Source: Symbiopectobacterium sp. RP (lineage in GTDB: Bacteria > Pseudomonadota > Gammaproteobacteria > Enterobacterales > Enterobacteriaceae). From it: a DNA stretch of 40,000 nucleotides. Below, one piece after another: positions 27,846 to 35,541 of the stretch. Made by a program: the position numbers and the translations under genes. The notes beneath the pieces are model-generated. The model did not search any database and was not told the origin of the DNA. It saw only the letters and a list, made by a program, of their open reading frames with translations. Within the stretch, counting starts at the first letter, position 1; each line of letters opens with the position of its first letter. Location of the stretch: assembly GCF_050472005.1 (NCBI RefSeq), contig NZ_JBGOGS010000001.1:1279935-1319934 (forward strand), given 5' to 3'.

Positions 27846-27873
27846 CGCTCTTTTTACAACGAGCCTCGTGCTC
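27846..27873 (+). promoter_or_regulatory. nutL candidate (boxA-like plus small hairpin)
   Basis: CGCTCTTTTTACAAC resembles the nutR boxA-like CGCTCTTTACAAC. It is followed by GAGC-CTCGT-GCTC and lies 135 nt upstream of the N-like gene. Confidence 0.45.
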
Positions 27874-28007
27874 TACAGAAGGCACCGACAACGTGCCGAA
27901 CCTTTGCCCAGATGTTTTTGGGGTGTGGTGGGCTGAATAAAAATTATAGCCAACACCAGGACTATACCCGTTCACCACACCACCAAAACCATCTATTGGA
28001 GGGGAGC

Positions 28008-28394
28008 ATGGCTACTATCATTTACCGTAAATCCGTTAATCCCGTTAATTGTGTTAGCAAAACCAACGCCGCTATTCGCCGTCATGCCAGACGCAAGGCA
28101 GAAGCCATCCGGCGTGAACTGCTGGTATCACGCATCGATAAAGCTTTAGGTCAGAAGCCAGAAAGACGCAAAGCGCTTAACCGAATTGAAGTGGCTTTCA
28201 AGCGCAAACGTGCGCCACGAATTAATTTCAATTTACTGGCTGGATTCAGAGAGCAAATTAACCGTTTCGCCGAAATGTACGACATGGTTAAGCGTCTTAA
28301 CCATCGCATCTGGTACAGCAAGCCGAAAACCGAGTATGGCATTACCGCCAGAGCAAGGCAGACGCATACATCGTGGGGTGTTCGTAAAGTTTGA
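28008..28394 (+). CDS. N: N-like antitermination protein (128 aa)
   Basis: ATG 28008 after GGAGGGGAG. N-terminus MATIIYRKSVNPVN..SKTNAAIRRHARRKAEAIRRE parallels the P22 gp24 arginine-rich motif (MTVITYGKSTFAGNAKTRRHERRRKLAIERD as recalled). Confidence 0.7.
   Translation: MATIIYRKSVNPVNCVSKTNAAIRRHARRKAEAIRRELLVSRIDKALGQKPERRKALNRIEVAFKRKRAPRINFNLLAGFREQINRFAEMYDMVKRLNHRIWYSKPKTEYGITARARQTHTSWGVRKV
28302..28362 (+). repeat. 61-bp direct repeat, copy 1 (inside the N 3' end)
   Basis: CATCGCATCTGGTACAGCAAGCCGAAAACCGAGTATGGCATTACCGCCAGAGCAAGGCAGA matches 29153-29213 at 58 of 61 positions. Confidence 0.9.
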
Positions 28395-28475
28395 GGAGCG
28401 GTCTTATTGCCTGCAGCAAGTCGTCATATCCCCAGCAGGTCACAGCAAGTCAGTTAACGTAACAGCGAGGTAAGT

Positions 28476-28742
28476 ATGCAAAACGATGACATGAAAGAGT
28501 ATCGCAGAAAGTTGGGTGAATTCTTTTATCCGTTCCTTGGAAATGTTGAGTTAGGGAATGTTTCAGCATTGGAAAACACCACAACCCTCATTGATGCATT
28601 TATTAATTTCAATGAGATTGGTTATTTTAACCGACCGACTAAAGTTGGAAACACCAAAATTGGCGGACAAACAACGCCGCCATCAAGTGAGTCAGAATGC
28701 GAATCAGGAATCGGGAAGAGGGAGAAAGGTCAGGACGACTAA
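28476..28742 (+). CDS. Hypothetical protein (88 aa)
   Basis: ATG with GAGGTAAGT upstream. Ser/Glu/Gly-rich acidic tail. Family not recognised. Confidence 0.5.
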   Translation: MQNDDMKEYRRKLGEFFYPFLGNVELGNVSALENTTTLIDAFINFNEIGYFNRPTKVGNTKIGGQTTPPSSESECESGIGKREKGQDD

Positions 28743-29014
28743 ACCCTGTTCAGACTCCAGGCTCTTCCATCAGATTTTGTGACTAACACATCAGGGCGAG
28801 GCTTTACCTTTTTGGCGATTTCCAAAACTTCATCCCTAACATCGGATTTACTCATATTCTTATCGCATATGTATTCTGCATTTGGCAGTTGATAGGTTTT
28901 CCTATTTGAATTTATCTCTTTGGAGTAACCATTTCTGCCCATTTTTTCATGCAGGTTATCATAGTCTTCAGAATCTGCATCATGCAGCTCGACCCTGACA
29001 GTAAACTGAGCCAT
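28739..29014 (-). CDS. Hypothetical protein (91 aa), convergent with the 88-aa gene
   Basis: ATG 29014 with AAGGAA upstream. Product MAQFTVRVELHDADSEDYDNLHEKMGRNGYSKEI....RKTYQLPNAEY... Its stop overlaps the 88-aa gene stop by 4 nt. Confidence 0.55.
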   Translation of the reverse strand: MAQFTVRVELHDADSEDYDNLHEKMGRNGYSKEINSNRKTYQLPNAEYICDKNMSKSDVRDEVLEIAKKVKPRPDVLVTKSDGRAWSLNRV

Positions 29015-29152
29015 TTCCTTAAATTGTCTGTGGAATAACCAGGTTATCAGGTTCCTTTGTCTGTGGAAAGCAGGGAAACCACGCGCCGGGCGTGGATAAA
29101 TATCCCGGCACATACATTAGACAAGCCACCTGGTTCGGCTTTTTTATTACAT

Positions 29153-29213
29153 CATCGCATCTGGTACAGCAAGCTAAAAACGGAGTATGGCATTACCGCC
29201 AGAGCAAGGCAGA
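29153..29213 (+). repeat. 61-bp direct repeat, copy 2
   Basis: Second copy. In frame it encodes HRIWYSKLKTEYGITARARQ followed by NVNSYERTLYK, an alternative N C-terminus now detached from N. Confidence 0.9.
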
Positions 29214-29258
29214 ATGTTAACTCATATGAACGAACTTTATACAAGTGAGGAATTATTA

Positions 29259-29696
29259 ATGTACGAATTAAGCTTCAAGTCATCCCCAATTAGCCCAACT
29301 TATGATCCCACAGCGAATCATTACCTAATCGTGAGCAGGTGAGAAGGGTATAATCTTGTCAATGGCTCCTTTGATGAAAATGGTTTCTTTCTATGTTTCA
29401 TAGGGTGGGTTGCTGGACACCTACAGACTTACCACACCGACGACTATGTAGCTTGGGCTATATTACCTAATTCTGCTGAAATCATCCTGTCGGGCGTTGT
29501 AGACGACTGCGGCTATTTAATGCAACAGAATGATACCCCTGACTTTTTCAGCGTCTATATCCGAGGCAGCGACGGCTTGCTACAGGCCATCGGTGACCTC
29601 TCCGACCGTGAGGACGCACTCGCTTATGCCGCGAGGATGCTTGAGAAATATCAAGCACAACTCACGGACAATACCCGGAAGTTATTAAACGATTGA
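29259..29696 (+). pseudogene. ea-type gene interrupted by an in-frame TGA
   Basis: ATG 29259 (GAGG upstream). 27 codons, then TGA at 29340-29342, then 117 more sense codons in the same frame to TGA 29694-29696. No canonical restart before Met at codon ~93. Confidence 0.6.
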
Positions 29697-29707
29697 GGTA
29701 TGTATTT

Positions 29708-29998
29708 ATGGAAAATGAAAATCGGACCACGATTAAAGCATGCTTAAAACCAATTGCCCCTTCTGATTATGATGAGTGGTGTGATGCCTTGGAATGGCTA
29801 GATAAAAACGTCGTAGATTTTCCAACAGCCATAGAGAATGACATAAACAATAATGTTTCACCCTGGATATTTAAAAACTGGTGCTTTATCGAGACTATTG
29901 ATGGTGAAATAGTTTTCGCCAATGGCTTAATACCATGCATTGATGTGAAAGATTTAAAGGAGTACAGGGAATTTAATAAAAAATGGCAGATGATGTAG
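29708..29998 (+). CDS. Hypothetical protein (96 aa)
   Basis: ATG 29708 after GAGG. AT-rich. Family not recognised. Confidence 0.5.
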   Translation: MENENRTTIKACLKPIAPSDYDEWCDALEWLDKNVVDFPTAIENDINNNVSPWIFKNWCFIETIDGEIVFANGLIPCIDVKDLKEYREFNKKWQMM

Positions 29999-30141
29999 AT
30001 ATAGCCAGCCAGAACGAAGAAGCCTTTCGCCAACACCTGAGCACCAATCATCGAGAGAAGGAATTACCGGTTAACGGGCGCTGCTATAATTGCGAGGGGC
30101 CAACCGAGGGTAATTTCTGCTGCAAAGAATGTCGAGAATGA
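29983..30141 (+). CDS. Small Cys4 zinc-finger protein (52 aa)
   Basis: Hand-translated: MADDVDIASQNEEAFRQHLSTNHREKELPVNGRCYNCEGPTEGNFCCKECRE. CxxC...CxxC arrangement like small phage TraR/DksA-type fingers. Confidence 0.5.
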   Translation: MADDVDIASQNEEAFRQHLSTNHREKELPVNGRCYNCEGPTEGNFCCKECRE

Positions 30142-30183
30142 TTGGGAGAAGCGAAAATATTTTGATAACCAAATGAGGATTGA

Positions 30184-30420
30184 ATGATGCAACTTAATAA
30201 ACCTTATATCACGACCTTCAATCACCCTAATTTCGGTGACATGGTCGCTGTCACCAACGGCAGCAATAATATTAATGATTCACGTTATTTGATGAGCATC
30301 AATACTCACCCATATGACGACCACGAAACATTGGTATACAAATCAACCATCGCCTTTCTGGTGGAGGAAAATAAGTGGCTTAAAAAGCAGGTGAAAAAAT
30401 TAACGGGTATCCATGACTGA
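30184..30420 (+). CDS. Hypothetical protein (78 aa)
   Basis: GAGGA 6 nt upstream of the ATG. Family not recognised. Confidence 0.5.
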   Translation: MMQLNKPYITTFNHPNFGDMVAVTNGSNNINDSRYLMSINTHPYDDHETLVYKSTIAFLVEENKWLKKQVKKLTGIHD

Positions 30421-30527
30421 AACACTTTCAGCATTCCCATCATCCGCTTATCGCCGCAATCTCCCCCCCATACTCAATAACGCCATCGGACGGTGGTTTT
30501 TTTACGCCTGAATCCAGGGAATTTTAA

Positions 30528-31007
30528 ATGAAAAAATTCGAACTCACTGCCGAAGTGAAAGCGTTTTTCGGCATCAAATTGTTTCGCATTAAAGCGCTTA
30601 TCGCCTTCGGTAATGTTCGTGCTGGCGAATTAGGCGGCTGGGTAAAAAAAGAATCGAACCTGGCTCAGGACGGCAATGCGCGGGTGTACGGCGATGCGCG
30701 GGTGTACGGCAATGCGTGGGTGTACGACGATGCGCGGGTGTCCGGCAATGCGTGGGTGTCCGCCGATGCGGACTGGATCACCCTATCCCCCATTGGCTCA
30801 GAAAATGGAGTTCTAACCGCATTCAAGCAGAAGGATGAAACGGTAATGGTACATAGGGGGTGCTTCTCTGGAACTATTGAAGAATTCGAATCGGCAGTTA
30901 ATAAGCGCCATTACGACAATAAGCACGGTGAAATTTATCGTCATGTCATTTCGTTGCTGAAATTACGGTTTAACCTGTCATCCTGTCATAAAGAGATGAA
31001 TATTTAA
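30528..31007 (+). CDS. Hypothetical protein with hexapeptide-like repeats (159 aa)
   Basis: Central GNARVYGDARVYGNAWVYDDARVSGNAWVSADA repeat block, encoded by 18-bp tandem repeats. Confidence 0.6.
   Translation: MKKFELTAEVKAFFGIKLFRIKALIAFGNVRAGELGGWVKKESNLAQDGNARVYGDARVYGNAWVYDDARVSGNAWVSADADWITLSPIGSENGVLTAFKQKDETVMVHRGCFSGTIEEFESAVNKRHYDNKHGEIYRHVISLLKLRFNLSSCHKEMNI
30672..30770 (+). repeat. About 5.5 copies of an 18-bp in-frame tandem repeat
   Basis: GGCAATGCGCGGGTGTAC-type units, imperfect, entirely inside the 159-aa ORF. Confidence 0.85.
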
Positions 31008-31066
31008 CCCTCGGCGATATTTTTCGGCATCAATTAATACATCAATCCAAATTAAGGAAAGCCACG

Positions 31067-31252
31067 ATGGAACTTACTATCGCGGGCGCCCCCATCGTGC
31101 GTCCTGAAATTAAATTTGACCCGATTCGGTCAATCGAACATCACCGCTCAAATATCGTCACGGGCCAGAGCTTCAAAAACAAAAGCGGGCTGCAACGGTT
31201 ATTCGAGCAGCTTATTGAAACGGTTAATCAGAAGGGGAACCCCAATGCTTAA
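31067..31252 (+). CDS. Hypothetical protein (61 aa)
   Basis: AAGGAAAG upstream. Its stop overlaps the next start (ATGCTTAA). Confidence 0.5.
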   Translation: MELTIAGAPIVRPEIKFDPIRSIEHHRSNIVTGQSFKNKSGLQRLFEQLIETVNQKGNPNA

Positions 31253-31553
31253 TCCATCAACGATACAGGCTATTCGCAAAATCATGGAAGAAATGCCGCC
31301 TGAAATCACAGAGGACTGTTACGCAGAGGCTGAGCAATTGGCGGAGAAGTCTATCGAAAGGTTTCGTGAACCGCTTAGAAAGCACTGCCCTGATGCTTAC
31401 ACATCGCTAGCCTGTGAGTACATGGAAGATAGCGATGTTGATTATCAGGAAGCCGAGAGTCAGCGAGTATTCGACGCCATTTTCCACCGTGTGAAGGTTG
31501 AGCGGGCTTTTTGGATTTATAACAGGCAGAACAGCACGGAGGATGCAGCATGA
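31245..31553 (+). CDS. Hypothetical acidic protein (102 aa) upstream of recT
   Basis: ATG 31245 is translationally coupled on both sides (ATGA overlap with the recT start). Confidence 0.5.
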   Translation: MLNPSTIQAIRKIMEEMPPEITEDCYAEAEQLAEKSIERFREPLRKHCPDAYTSLACEYMEDSDVDYQEAESQRVFDAIFHRVKVERAFWIYNRQNSTEDAA

Positions 31554-32290
31554 GCACGGCATTAACAACAATGGCAGGGAAGCTGGCTGAACGTCTCGGG
31601 ATGGAGCCCGGTACGGACTTGATGAATACCCTTAAGAATACGGCGTTCAAGGGGGGTAACGTCACGGACGAGCAATTTACCGCCCTACTTATCGTTGCCA
31701 ACCAGTACGGGCTTAACCCGTGGACGAAAGAGATTTACGCATTCCCTGATAAGGGCGGCATTGTCCCGGTTGTTGGTGTAGATGGTTGGGCGCGGATCAT
31801 TAACGAACATCCGCAGTTCGACGGCATGGAATTCGGCTACGACAAGGAAGAGGGGGCTTGCACCTGCAAGATTTACCGCAAAGATCGCAAACACCCCACT
31901 GTAGTCACCGAATACATGGGCGAGTGTAAGCGCAATACCCAGCCGTGGCAATCACACCCCACCCGTATGCTGCGCCACAAGTCACTTATTCAGTGTGCCC
32001 GCATGGCATTTGGGTTTGCTGGCATTTACGACAGCGACGAAGCAGAGCGGATCATCGAAAGCAGCCCGGCAAGCGTTGTTGTTGGACAACAAACAGACGA
32101 GCGCCGACCGGCATTGATTGCCCGGTGCGAAGAGGCGGCTCAGCTAAGCATGGAAGTCTTCGCAGAAACATGGAAAAACCTGACCCACGAAGAGCGCCAG
32201 ATTATCGGCAATGCAGAGAAGGAGCGCATCAAAAAAAGCATTCCCGTCGATGCAGAATATAGCGAGGTGGATCATGCAACAGCGCAGTGA
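31550..32290 (+). CDS. recT: RecT-family single-strand annealing protein (246 aa)
   Basis: LLIVANQYGLNPWTKEIYAFP.KGGIVPVVGVDGWARII and PTRMLRHKSLIQCARMAFGF.GIYD.DEAERI are typical RecT motifs. Confidence 0.9.
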   Translation: MSTALTTMAGKLAERLGMEPGTDLMNTLKNTAFKGGNVTDEQFTALLIVANQYGLNPWTKEIYAFPDKGGIVPVVGVDGWARIINEHPQFDGMEFGYDKEEGACTCKIYRKDRKHPTVVTEYMGECKRNTQPWQSHPTRMLRHKSLIQCARMAFGFAGIYDSDEAERIIESSPASVVVGQQTDERRPALIARCEEAAQLSMEVFAETWKNLTHEERQIIGNAEKERIKKSIPVDAEYSEVDHATAQ

Positions 32291-32897
32291 TGAATGGTTT
32301 TCCGCCCGTTGTGGCAACGTGACCGCCAGTCGCCTGTCTGACGTAATGGCAAAAACCAAATCGGGCTATTCCGCCAGCCGCCAGAACTACATGGCAGAGC
32401 TTATCTGCCAGCGCCTAACAGGAAAGGTGGAAGAAAGTTACGCAAACTCGGCCATGCAGCACGGCACTGAACTTGAACCGGTGGCGCGGGAGATGTACCT
32501 GCTTAACCAGTTTGACGCAGAAGTTACAGAAGTGGGATTTATTCCCCATCCAGAGATCGTAGGATTTGGGGCGTCGCCTGATGGCCTGGTCGGAAATGAT
32601 GGCCTGATAGAAATAAAATGCCCCAACACATGGACGCATTTAGAAACCATCAAGACAGGTAAGCCGAAAAAACAATACCTCCTACAGATGCACGCCCAAA
32701 TGATGTGTACGGGCAGGAAATGGTGTGATTTTGTCAGCTATGACGACAGGCTACCGCCAGACCTTGCCTATTACCAGTTGAGAATTCATCAGGACGATAA
32801 ACGGGTTGCTGAAATAGAGGAGGCGTTAAGGCAGTTTCTGACTGAGCTTGAAAACGAACTTGAGGTTATTAGACAGTTAGCCAAGGTAGCAGCATGA
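32274..32897 (+). CDS. YqaJ/lambda-exonuclease-type recombination exonuclease (207 aa)
   Basis: ATG 32274 after GAGGTGG. QRSDEWF..R.G.VTAS ... GASPDGLV.. DGLIEIKCP ... Y..Q.. QM..TG fits the PD-(D/E)xK YqaJ pattern. Confidence 0.88.
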   Translation: MQQRSDEWFSARCGNVTASRLSDVMAKTKSGYSASRQNYMAELICQRLTGKVEESYANSAMQHGTELEPVAREMYLLNQFDAEVTEVGFIPHPEIVGFGASPDGLVGNDGLIEIKCPNTWTHLETIKTGKPKKQYLLQMHAQMMCTGRKWCDFVSYDDRLPPDLAYYQLRIHQDDKRVAEIEEALRQFLTELENELEVIRQLAKVAA

Positions 32898-32908
32898 GGG
32901 GGTTACTG

Positions 32909-33064
32909 ATGAAAGAATTCATTGCCAGCATTAATAAAACACTCGCTCTCGTATTAGCCACGCTGACATTATCCTGGGTGATAGGGTTTGGTCTGACCGC
33001 GGGCTTCGTCATGGCACTTGAGGTATGGAAACGAGTGGTAGAAATCACTAGCAGACATCTTTAA
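32909..33064 (+). CDS. Small membrane protein (51 aa)
   Basis: Hand-translated: MKEFIASINKTLALVLATLTLSWVIGFGLTAGFVMALEVWKRVVEITSRHL. GAGGGGG upstream. Two hydrophobic stretches. Confidence 0.5.
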   Translation: MKEFIASINKTLALVLATLTLSWVIGFGLTAGFVMALEVWKRVVEITSRHL

Positions 33065-33474
33065 CCGCCCCACAGTTTCGGAAGTACGTCTTTAAACAAC
33101 AAACTCAGAATACCCGCCAGTAAGAACCATTGAAGACGGTCAAATTTAATTTCAAGACGGTCAAATCGCTTTTCGGAAAAATCTAGTCGCTTGTCTATCT
33201 GGCCAATATCCTTACGCACATCGGCTATCTCTGCGGACAGGTCCTTGCGGACATCGGCTATCTGCGCCTCAGTTTTCTCGAAGCGTGCGTCAACCTTATC
33301 GAAGCGGGCGTCAATTTCCTTACGAACGTCGTCAAGGTCACGCTTGGTAGCCACATCCGCCACCTCATGAGACTTGCGTACGACGAGCGAAATCGCCTTG
33401 GCCTGCTCACTGGTAAGCCCGGCGGTTTGAAGCTCTTCTGACGCCTGCAATGTATCAAATGCAACCTGGCCCAT
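33061..33474 (-). CDS. Coiled-coil protein with C-terminal TM anchor (137 aa), antisense in the PL operon
   Basis: ATG 33474 after AGGAGG. Repeated IADVRKD heptads. C-terminal WFLLAGILSLLF. Resembles the DUF1640-type architecture (from memory, unverified). Confidence 0.6.
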   Translation of the reverse strand: MGQVAFDTLQASEELQTAGLTSEQAKAISLVVRKSHEVADVATKRDLDDVRKEIDARFDKVDARFEKTEAQIADVRKDLSAEIADVRKDIGQIDKRLDFSEKRFDRLEIKFDRLQWFLLAGILSLLFKDVLPKLWGG

Positions 33475-33623
33475 AGCGGATCCTCCTGTATTAAGCCAAG
33501 TGTAAGCGATCTGACCGCCAACCTGCAAAATTTTACAAGTTAGCCCCCTGACCCTGCTTTTTATGTCACTTTTTTCACCGTTTTAATTGTCGTCAGACAC
33601 ATAAACAACCTCGGAGAGAATTA

Positions 33624-33821
33624 ATGTACAAAATAACGGCAACTATCAAAAAGCCCGCCGGACTGGATGTTCAGTGGCTACGGTTCTCTAAGGTGAAACT
33701 CACCATGTCAGAATGCGAAAAACTGCTCTTTAAGCCTAAGGAGACAGGTAAGTCGTTCGGCGATAAGGTGAAACTGGAGGATTTCCGCTGCGTCAGGGTG
33801 AAAAACAGGGATACGTGGTAA
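33624..33821 (+). CDS. Hypothetical protein (65 aa)
   Basis: GGAGAG upstream. Family not recognised. Confidence 0.45.
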   Translation: MYKITATIKKPAGLDVQWLRFSKVKLTMSECEKLLFKPKETGKSFGDKVKLEDFRCVRVKNRDTW

Positions 33822-33857
33822 ATAGCACAATAAACCATCCCATTGACGCAAGGAGAA

Positions 33858-33955
33858 CCCATGCGCTCGAAAAATGGCAACAGGCGAACGTTAGCCAGTT
33901 CCTGCAGCGCCACTAATCACTAATCCCGCCCCGGGATCGTGCCGGGGCTTCATTA
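33858..33955 (+). repeat. ~98-bp direct repeat, copy 1 (left border of the AT-rich island)
   Basis: Matches 37753-37850 at about 90 percent. Contains a gene 3' end (..ALEKWQQANVSQFLQRH stop) and the hairpin GCCCCGG-N7-CCGGGGC. Confidence 0.85.
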
Positions 33956-34457
33956 ATCACATTCACTTGTGTTAGCGAAATACTACAGGAGACGTGGGAA
34001 TCAGCTGATGACTGGTTCCAATCGTAATAAAACCCCATCTAAGTAGGACATTCTGAGGTGCATTATTTTTTCTATAAAAATCATAACCATAAAGAATAGA
34101 ATATTTTTAGGAATATTTTGTTGTCATTTTTGTTGTTAATGATATACCCAATAAACCTCAAGATGCAGGTTTGAGCACCTGAAAACGATCGTGAATTCTG
34201 GACGTCAGCGAGTCCGCTATTTCTGGTAGCGTATTGGTGAAAAAATTGAATATTGCATCGGCTTTGTTGAATAAATAGATTTTATGCTGGCAGCCCAGCG
34301 AAACGACGGATCCTCGCAACGTAAAATCATGCAGTTAGGCCTCATGAGAAAAGTGTACACCTGAGATGACAAGCATTTTCAACCAAAACTGGCATGGAAA
34401 AACAGCATGATTACCTATTATTCAACAAAGCCGTTCCGCTTGACAAAAGGGGTAGCA

Positions 34458-34490
34458 TGGTGGGTTGTGCAGGATTCGAACCTGCAACCG
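34458..34490 (-). other. tRNA 3'-end fragment (T-arm, acceptor 3' strand, CCA); att-site remnant
   Basis: Minus strand reads GGTTGCAGGTTCGAATCCTGCACAACCCACCA. It differs at 2 positions from the E. coli tRNA-Lys(UUU) 3' end as recalled. No D or anticodon arms upstream. Confidence 0.7.
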
Positions 34491-34582
34491 AAATTTTTTA
34501 TCTTATTGATTATAAATAATTTATTAAAAAGTGAATTTACTGCGGCTCTTTTACGGCGCTTCCTCTGTCCGGGTGTAGTCGT

Positions 34583-35462
34583 CTAGCTCATAGCATTTTT
34601 AATGGCAGGTGCTTTTACCTTAGTTGGATCATCGGTTTTAAAGACCTTCAATCGTTTACTGAAGAACATCACTTCTGAGCCCTTATATCGCTCTTGAGCA
34701 CTGTAGTTTATTCCATACACTAATGATGATGCCTTATAAATACCTTGGATCTCAGGAGTATTATCGTAAGAAACAATCCATGGTGTTTTAATATCATTCT
34801 GTACTACTTTTGCAACATTAACATGGTCACCATGTTCATAATGGTTGATATATAATCCCTTACCTTTTATGTAATATGGCGGGTCTAAATATGTTAATGA
34901 TTTCTTAGGCAATTGAACAACTATTTTTTATGAAATCAATTGCATCCATGTTATACAAGTCTATTCTTTCACGGTTTTTTGATATTTTCTTTATCCGAGA
35001 AATTAAATCACTTTTGTTATAGCGAGCATCAAGCTTCCATTGCCCTTCTTGATTTTTACCACCAATCACACCGCCTTTTAATATTCCAGAACGATTTGTT
35101 CTATTAAGAAAAAAGGAAGAAAAACCAATTGTTAGCATATCATGGCCTTTGGGATTATTAATTATTTCTTTCTGTTTGAACCACTCATTCATTGTGACTT
35201 CAGTTCCTTCAATTAAAGTACACAGGTGGTCTGCATTATTTAATACAGTGTGCCAAAAGGCATAAACAGAAATATTAATATCATTAAGAATGATTTTTTC
35301 AGCTACATTTAAATGTAAAAGCTTCAGCGCTAAACCAGCCCCTCCAGCATATGGCTCTGCATAATGTATAGGCGAAAGCTTATTATCTTCAATAATCCGA
35401 AGCATGAAATTTGAAAGCTTGCCTTTGCCGCCAGGATAGCGAAGTGGGGTGTTAAAACGCAT
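34583..35462 (-). pseudogene. Dam-like (D12 class) N6-adenine DNA methyltransferase split by a frameshift
   Basis: The 185-aa part has PLRYPGGK, AEPYAGGAG and LNDIN. The 109-aa part has LDPPYY. The two frames overlap at 34905-34912, near a T6/A6 tract (34924-34929). Confidence 0.75.
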
Positions 35463-35541
35463 ATGATACCTCTAAATGTCAGTTCTAAAGTATATCAAAA
35501 AAAGGGCTTTATGGACATCACATAAAGCCCTTTGCAATCAA

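Noticed and set aside
27825-28007. N-terminal extension of the N-like ORF (189-aa version)
   Set aside because: The extension would cover the nutL-like site. The ATG at 28008 has a strong SD and aligns with the P22 gp24-like N-terminus.
30672-30770. CRISPR-like or regulatory repeat array
   Set aside because: The units are contiguous with no spacers, in frame and inside an ORF. They are coding tandem repeats.
34458-34490. A functional tRNA gene
   Set aside because: Only the T-arm, the 3' acceptor strand and CCA are present. The upstream sequence cannot form D or anticodon arms, so it is an att-type remnant.
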